A stretch of 64,000 nucleotides of DNA from Octopus vulgaris (Eukaryota): NCBI GenBank assembly GCA_951406725.2, contig OX597832.1, positions 61,132,001 to 61,196,000 on the forward strand. The letters run 5' to 3'. This document shows positions 56,406 through 64,000 of the stretch, piece by piece. The position numbers and the translations under genes were made by a program. Every line of letters starts with the position of its first letter. The first letter of the stretch is position 1. The notes below the pieces were generated by a model. It saw only the letters and a program-made list of their open reading frames with translations, was not told the DNA's origin and made no database searches.

Positions 56406-56600
56406 CGAGAGAGAGAGAGAGAAGGAGAAGACAATTTATCTCTGTAATGTCAAACTGTTATCTCAAAATGTCGGACTCTTGTTTTTTACTTCTTCCTGGT
56501 CAGCTTTGAGTGGATTAATGATAAAATTCCTGATAATGTTTCTTTATTCATTATGATTAATTAGGCTTTACAGAATTTTATAACTGTAATTTTGAAACTA

Positions 56601-56637
<37 letters not shown>

Positions 56638-57027
56638 TGTAGTAGTAGTAGTAGTTTGTAGTAGTAGTAGTTGTAGTTGTAGTAGTAGTAGTAGTAGTAG
56701 TTGCGATAGTAGTATAATCTCTGCCAGTTACGTTCCAGATTGTAGTTATCTTGTCGGAGTTAGTAGTACCACCTACGTTTCTAGCGCTCCTGGTATTCCA
56801 TACTTTCGTCTTATTGACAACCATATAATGGCTGGCATGTTTCTTATTTCGCTGTTCACTCACAAGTAAACCCTGATTAAGTAAACCTATAATTAAAAGC
56901 GTTTCAAGCGTGACCGTCCTGTCTTTTATTCAGACACAGTGGTTCTAACATTCAAGAAATTTTCCTGTAGTCTTTACGGTTTCAAACACCTGACCCAATT
57001 GTTTTTGGAATATTTCTACACCATTGT

Positions 57028-57192
57028 CGCAGATGCGGCTGTGTGGTAAGGAAACTTACTTCCCAACCATTTAGTACCGGCCATGTTCAGTCCCATTGCG
57101 TGACACTTCGGGCAAGTACCTTCAACTGTAGCCTCAAGCCGACCAAAGCCTTATGAGTGGATTTGGTAGATGGAAACTGAAAAAATTCCGTC

Positions 57193-57200
<8 letters not shown>
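57028..57200 (+). mobile_element. SINE family B 5' half
   Basis: Degenerate head and body. Confidence 0.75.
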
Positions 57201-57249
<49 letters not shown>

Positions 57250-57316
57250 ACCGCGTGTGTATCGTTGGCGATTTTTTTCCTCCGTCTTCCCTTCCTTGGA
57301 TCTTTCCTTTTCCTAT

Positions 57317-57351
57317 GTTTCTGACGAAGAGCTCCACTCGAAACATTAAAT
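57317..57351 (+). ncRNA. Hammerhead motif, second mutated copy of the 15465-15499 family
   Basis: GUUU-CUGACGA-A-GAG-CUCCA-CUC-GAAAC-AUU-AAAU within homologous flanks. Confidence 0.6.
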
Positions 57352-57762
57352 CCCCCTTCTTTCTTTCCTTTCCTGAGCGTCCATTAACACTTTACTTGTT
57401 TCACGTCTATTTTCTTGCAGTGCTATAGAACGCTTCTACTAAATAAAGAAATCTTCCGTTGTTTTTCGCCGGTAAAGTTTATATTCCTCGCAGTGTGTAA
57501 CCTCTTGCTGAAAATAACTCAGTGCACGGTTCTTCGTTTCCTAAATGTCTCAACAGATTTCTCAAATTCTCAACTCGATCCCTCGTAATGCTTTTCAATT
57601 TCTTGCTTCTCCACCCTGATTTAAAAAAATGTTTCCTTTCAACATGTTCATTCACACTGGTTCAATATGTTGTTATGGGATGTTATATGGCAACTCCGAC
57701 TTCCGCGGTGCCGGAAATGGTCGTATCTGATTAGTTGAAATTCCCCCCCCACCAAAAAAAAA

Positions 57763-57807
<45 letters not shown>

Positions 57808-57894
57808 CTAAAGTTTCGTAATTTTATATTTTTGATTTCTTTAATGGTTATGGCTTTTGTAATTGGTCTCAGAACTTTGCACAACGCCAGTAGT

Positions 57895-58075
57895 TTCGAA
57901 GCAGGGGTTAAATCGATACATCGACCCCAGTGCTCGACTGGTACTTTTTTCGATCCCGAAAGGGTGAAAGGTAAAGTCGACCGCGTCGAAATTTAAATTT
58001 AGAACGTAAAGACGGACGAAATGCTGTTAAACATTTCGTCCAGCGTGCCAAGGATTCTGCCAGCTCGTCGCTTTA
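57895..58075 (-). mobile_element. Degenerate SINE family A
   Basis: Central domain and head. Confidence 0.75.
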
Positions 58076-59010
58076 ATGGTGAATAATTAGTATGAAATAT
58101 TACGTCTGTGTAGATATTATAAAAATTGAATTTGATATAGAGAACCGAACAGATCATTCTCCTGTGCCGTCTTAGTAATTTATTACTTGTGTATGTAAAC
58201 TTTTTCTTCTAAACGTTGTTCGTAGCATATGGGTCCATCAAATTTGTTTGCCAATAAATACTGTCAACGAACGCATGATTAAATCGTTAGCAGTTCACCA
58301 GACATTAATTTTCCACACTTTACCTCTATCTGTTCCTGTGTATTGTATCTATGTGTATAAGCATGTTCTGTGTGCTGCCTTGTGCAAGTATATGCGCAGT
58401 GGGATTGAATAGCGAAACCTGTAGTTCTGTTGCGAACTGTATTTCTAAACTATTCGGTTATGTCAACAACTTTGGTTGGCTAGAGACGAAATATTACATA
58501 CAAAAACGATTGTTCGGACGGAACATACACAAACACACACAATGCACAACACACATACACACATATAAATACACACGCAAAAATAAACCCACACACACGC
58601 CCACACACCCTCGCTTTTGCATAATATATACGTACATATATACATATTGTCTCATATACATATATACATACGCGTGCTCACACGCATGCGGCTTTGCGTC
58701 TACACATACGTCTGCACATACATCACAGGCACATATACGCTCTCTCTCTCTCTCTCTCACTCTTCCTCCCATATATACATACCTACCCGTGTACACAAAC
58801 TATTTCTCTCTCTTTCTCTCATCAATACATACGGGTATATACACACTTAAAAATACACACTTGCGCACATGTACACATTCTCTTGCTCTTACTTTCACTA
58901 ACTCTTTCTATATCTCTCACACATACACACATTCCTTCTCAGATACATACGTATATACATGGGTACAAACATACCTATACACACACGCTCTCACTCTTAT
59001 TCTCTCTATC

Positions 59011-59063
<53 letters not shown>

Positions 59064-59122
59064 TATATATACATATATGCATATATATACATATATGCAT
59101 ATATATACATATATGCACACAC

Positions 59123-59190
<68 letters not shown>

Positions 59191-59790
59191 TATATATACA
59201 TATATACATACGCACATACATACTCACACATCACGCGCTCTTACATCCATATTTACAGACAGACAGACAAACAGACGGACAGGCAGGCAGGCAGGCAAAC
59301 AGAGACAAAGGCACTGACTTACGACGTAGGTGACACCAAAAGCTCATAAAACAAGATTATGGTCTTATGCTTCCTTTGTAAAATGGTCTTCCAATGTATT
59401 TTGAAATGTCATTGTAGAAAGAAGCCAAAATGTTTTCGTGTAGGAACAGAGAAATGACAGACAAAAAGATACGTGTACATACATACACACATACGTATAT
59501 GTATATATATATATATATATATAACAAAAGAGCGGGTGGTATATATATATATATATGTATGTATGTAGGTATATGAGAGAGATAAGCGAAGGAAGGACGG
59601 TGAGTCACATAAGTAATACTACTTAAGAGTAGATACATTGATGCCAACAGACAGGTAGATTGTTTCACGCCATCTCACTTTGAAGCGAGCTCTTTACCGT
59701 TTCAGTAGTAGTAGTTGTAGTAGTAGTGGTAGCAGTGGAGGTGGTGGTTGTTTGTTTACTCTCATCGTTGGGATCATAGGAATGGTGATT

Positions 59791-59844
<54 letters not shown>

Positions 59845-59938
59845 ATAGTAGTGTTTGTGGTGGTAGTGATGTTGGCTGTGTTTGTCGTTTTGATGGTTGA
59901 AAGTCACTACCTCATTGTTCGTTATTGATTTGCTACCG

Positions 59939-59986
<48 letters not shown>

Positions 59987-60179
59987 GGAGGGAAAAAAGA
60001 AACAAAAATGACGAAAACAGCCCCAAAATATATAGATATAAATAATAAAAAAAAGGGCATCTTTTAGTGAGTGAACTAAGATTAAAATCGGTGCCTTGAA
60101 AAGAAAGGATACTTTGTACACCAGCAACAACAACATGAACAATAATTCCACCACCACTAACAACAGCCACAACAACAGC

Positions 60180-60226
<47 letters not shown>

Positions 60227-61882
60227 TAATAATAATGTCAGGTATAAAAAGCGAGCAGATGGGTTGGTGATAAACCGTGAATTTAGGGTTGCAGATTACG
60301 GTTCATGTTGGATGTATGCTGCTGTAGCTTATCTCAACAATACCCCGGGTATGTTTGAGTGGTGCTACAACATTAGCGAAGACACATTCTGTAACAAAAC
60401 GTTGCTAAAAGATTCTCTTCAAGAGTTTCCAGCATAAAATAAAGCGACAAAAGTGCGGATGAACAACTACGCAGGTTCGCGTGCAATCTTTTGTGCTCGT
60501 CGGTATATGCATGCGGATATGTGTGTATGTATGTATGTATGTATGTATGTATGTATGTATGTATGTATGTATGTGTCTGTGTGTGTGTGGAGAGAGAGAT
60601 AAATGAGTGTATGTGTGTATATATATGTGTGTATGTATGTATGCATGTATGTATGTATGTATGCATGTATGTATGTATATATGCTTGTTTGTATGTAACG
60701 GTGTGTATGTGTGTATACATGTGTGTGTATGTGTGGAGAGAGATAAATGAGTGTATGGGTGTAAATATGCATATATATGTTTTTACGTATGCGTGTATAT
60801 ATATATATATATATATATAAATATGCATATGCATAGCTATGTGTGCATGTATGTATATATATATATATATATGTATTGGCATGTATGTCTGTGTATGTAT
60901 ATATATATGTGTGTGTATTAATATGTATACGTATACATACACATACACATGTACGTACACGCCTGAAAGTATGTGTGAAGTTTCAGGATATATATAAATG
61001 CATGTATTATATATGCATATGTATTTTTATACAAACACTTTCACACACACGTGTATGCAAATATATGTAGGCGCATGCGTATAGATTATATTCTTATTTA
61101 TCTACATATTAATATATCTATGTCTTTTATGTTATACAACATCGCCTCACACACATAGAAATCCGCCATAAAATACATACGTATATACACACACACATAT
61201 ACATACATACATACATACATACATACGTATTGAACGTACATACATGCATACACACACATACATACATGTGTGTGTGTGTATGTGTGAGGAAAACCTCATA
61301 CCGATGTAATAATACGGTGATATTGTTGTTGGTGATGGTGGCGTTGCAGCTGATGATTTTTGAACGCCTAAAGCGTCAGATCTGTGTTTAAAAGATGCCT
61401 TATCTCTTGCAAAGCATTCTTTCTCAATCCCTCTCACTTGCTTTCTCTCTCTCTCTCTCCATCTCTCTCATTCCAATAGACATTTAAATAACAACACCAA
61501 GAAGAAACAAGCAAAACAAACAAACAAACAAAACAAAAGACAACGAAACAATAACAAGAAGATAAGCAGTGAAAAAGAAAGCAAAGCTTTATTTAATCTA
61601 AATTAAAGTAGCAGAACTGAACAGAGTTAACATGGTCACAGATCGCTGTGTAATGTTGGTTTTGCCAGGAATTTTCGTGGGTAAAGTAGCTTCTATATAC
61701 AGGGTCGAGAGTATAACCGTAACAGTATATGGTTTCTGCTCTTACTATATATATAAGAGATAATGGTGTCATTGGGACCCAAAGGTGTTAGGTAATGCTG
61801 AATAAGTGCTATAGACAGACCGTAGATAAGTTCCAGATTCGGTAATATTGCGAATAAAGGTTTCAACGTTGGTTCTTTGTCA

Positions 61883-62162
61883 GCGTGTATATATAAGAAT
61901 TTTTTGCGTAATAAGATAAAAAACCAAGGCTGTATAGATATTAGAGCATTTATAGATAGAAGGTCTTACAGCTGTTTCTAGGATATTGATTAATAATATC
62001 CCTTCATCGGAGACGGTGTGAGAGGAAAATTAAGTCATAGTTAGTTTAGATGAAGGGATATTGTTAATTAATATCCTAGAAACAGCTGTAAGACCTTCTA
62101 TCTATAAATGCTCTAATATCTATACAAGCTTGGTTTTTTTTTCATCTTATTACGCAAAAATT

Positions 62163-62211
<49 letters not shown>

Positions 62212-62213
62212 GC
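61883..62213. mobile_element. Inverted-repeat element (~125-bp arms, 40-bp spacer) carrying a hammerhead-like motif; Penelope pLTR-like
   Basis: Arms 61883-62008 and 62049-62213; minus strand 61963-62014 reads GUCU-CCGAUGA-A-GGGAUAUU...AAUAUCCU-A-GAAAC-AGCU-GUA-AGAC. Confidence 0.7.
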
Positions 62214-62448
62214 AGGATGTTCAAAATGTCTCTCCGCAGTAAGTATTTAATGGTTTTCGGGCGATTCTTGTACATTGATCCTTTACTTGCTCCCCAGAAA
62301 AAAAAAATCTGGCAGTGTTAAATCAGGTGATCTTGGTGGCTAAAGTCCCTTCGAAATAATCTGTTTACGGAAAAAACTCTTGAAGTAGCGCCATGGTGAT
62401 GCGCAGGATGAAACAAATTCACTGCAGAGAGACTTTTTGAACACCCTG
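62213..62448 (-). mobile_element. Tc1/mariner-superfamily deletion derivative (MITE)
   Basis: TIRs CAGGATGTTCAAAATGTCTCTCCGCAGT and ACTGCAGAGAGACTTTTTGAACACCCTG; minus strand retains *PPRSPDLTLPDFFFWG. Confidence 0.82.
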
Positions 62449-62461
62449 TGTGTATATATAC

Positions 62462-62512
<51 letters not shown>

Positions 62513-62714
62513 TGTACGACATAAAATGAAGAAATAATAGTTTGTCAGCCTGTGTTATCGTTTTCCAATCTTAATATTCCACACAAATATCACTGTAGTA
62601 CTTACACACACGCGCGCGCGCAAAACACATCATCATCACAAAGAAATACTATTACATAACCTTGCTCATACAACATCTTCGTCTTCGCAAACGCACAGAA
62701 ACCTTCACGTGCAT

Positions 62715-62789
<75 letters not shown>

Positions 62790-63444
62790 TCGAAAAGGAT
62801 GACAAGCAAATACAACCTCGGGCGTGTTTGAAATTAGAACGTAAAGGTGGAAGAAATGCCGCTAAGCATTCTATCTCTGGCGCTAACGATTCTGTCAGTA
62901 TCTCATCTTTTGCGCCAGTTCGCTGCCTCAACATCCAGAATTATAACAAGGATAATAATCATTCCGAATATGGATTCATTCGAATAACGATTGAAGGCTA
63001 TACATATTTGTCAGGGGAACATAGAGTGGATTAAATCAACCCCAGTACACTAGCGTAGCTAGAGCGTGTCCCACTCGTGGGGAGGGGGCCCTTCCGTGTG
63101 CCACCCCCGGACCCCACAAAAAATACGTATTGCCTACTGCAGATCCAAAAGTGCCGGTCCTTTAAAAGTACTGCTCATTTAAAAGTCACCCCTTTAAAAG
63201 TGCTGCCCCTACCGCCTTTCTCCCCAGTTACGCTCGTTCCCCAGTATTATACTAATTCTAGAAGTGCATGGATCCTGGAAGGGTGAAAGGCTTAGAAACT
63301 GTGGTAGGATTTGAACTCATAATTGAATATCGTAAGGTATTTCAAGACGCGCCATGTTATTTATGCTCTAGTCCTAGTTGTTGTTCATGTTGATGATGAT
63401 GATGATGAGGAGGAGGAGAAGGAGAAAGAGGATGATAATGACTC

Positions 63445-63650
63445 GTTCTAATATAGGCAAACGGCCTGAAATTTGGTGGAGAAGGAACTGGTCAATGTAA
63501 CTGATCCTAGTGTGTAACTGGTACCGACCCCGATAAGATGAAAGGCAAAGTCGACCTCGTCGGAATTTGAACTGAGAACGTAGCGAAGGGCAAAATACCG
63601 CGAAGCATTTCGTTCAACGTGCTAACGGTTCTGCCAGCTTGTCGCCTTCA
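63445..63650 (-). mobile_element. SINE family A variant
   Basis: Central domain and head. Confidence 0.8.
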
Positions 63651-63711
63651 TAATAATAATAATAATAATAATAATGATAATAATAATAGGAATAGTAATA
63701 ACAATAACAAC

Positions 63712-63860
63712 AACATTTACATTATTTACATTTGACGGATATTTGTCCTCATCTTGTTTGTTGTTAACACAACGTTTCGGCTGATATACCCTCCAGCCTT
63801 CATGTGACTTGGGGAAATTTCGAACCTGGGTTCTCATTCCTAAGTTATTTTTCTATGTTA

Positions 63861-63950
<90 letters not shown>

Positions 63951-63993
63951 AATCTTGGTGTTAGTAGCCCGCGCTCTTAACCACTACACCATA
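63712..63993 (-). mobile_element. Second linked copy of the tRNA-head, (AAT)n, hammerhead element
   Basis: Same order as 54812-55295; the head has lost its B box and the HHR has a 3-nt deletion in CUGAUGA. Confidence 0.78.
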
Positions 63994-64000
63994 CAACAAC

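Noticed and set aside
60096-60437. Poly-Asn ORF with a complex C-terminal half
   Set aside because: It contains an (AAT)n tract and no recognisable motif; an exon cannot be excluded but is unsupported.
61855-61886. Possible extra hammerhead (CUGACAA...GAAACCUU) on the minus strand
   Set aside because: The core is mutated and there is no convincing stem I.

Overview
A 64 kb, AT-rich, microsatellite-saturated eukaryotic intergenic or intronic region. The SINE families resemble those I associate with coleoid cephalopods (octopus); this is my recognition, not a database result. I find no credible intact protein-coding gene, and nearly all listed ORFs are microsatellite translations. The window holds dozens of tRNA-derived SINE copies (at least 4 families, several with TSDs), decayed LINE fragments (L1/Tx1, CR1/L2, RTE), deleted Tc1/mariner and hAT elements, MITEs, a non-autonomous Helitron and a decayed Penelope-like GIY-YIG fragment. 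The most interesting signal is a set of minimal type I hammerhead ribozyme (HHR) motifs from 4-5 unrelated repeat families. One family is a composite of a tRNA-derived Pol III head, a microsatellite and an HHR tail, with Penelope-style inverted junctions. Another HHR-like motif sits inside a long hairpin just upstream of an intron-containing tRNA-Met(CAT). All structures were read by eye, and element boundaries are approximate unless TSDs or TIRs are quoted.
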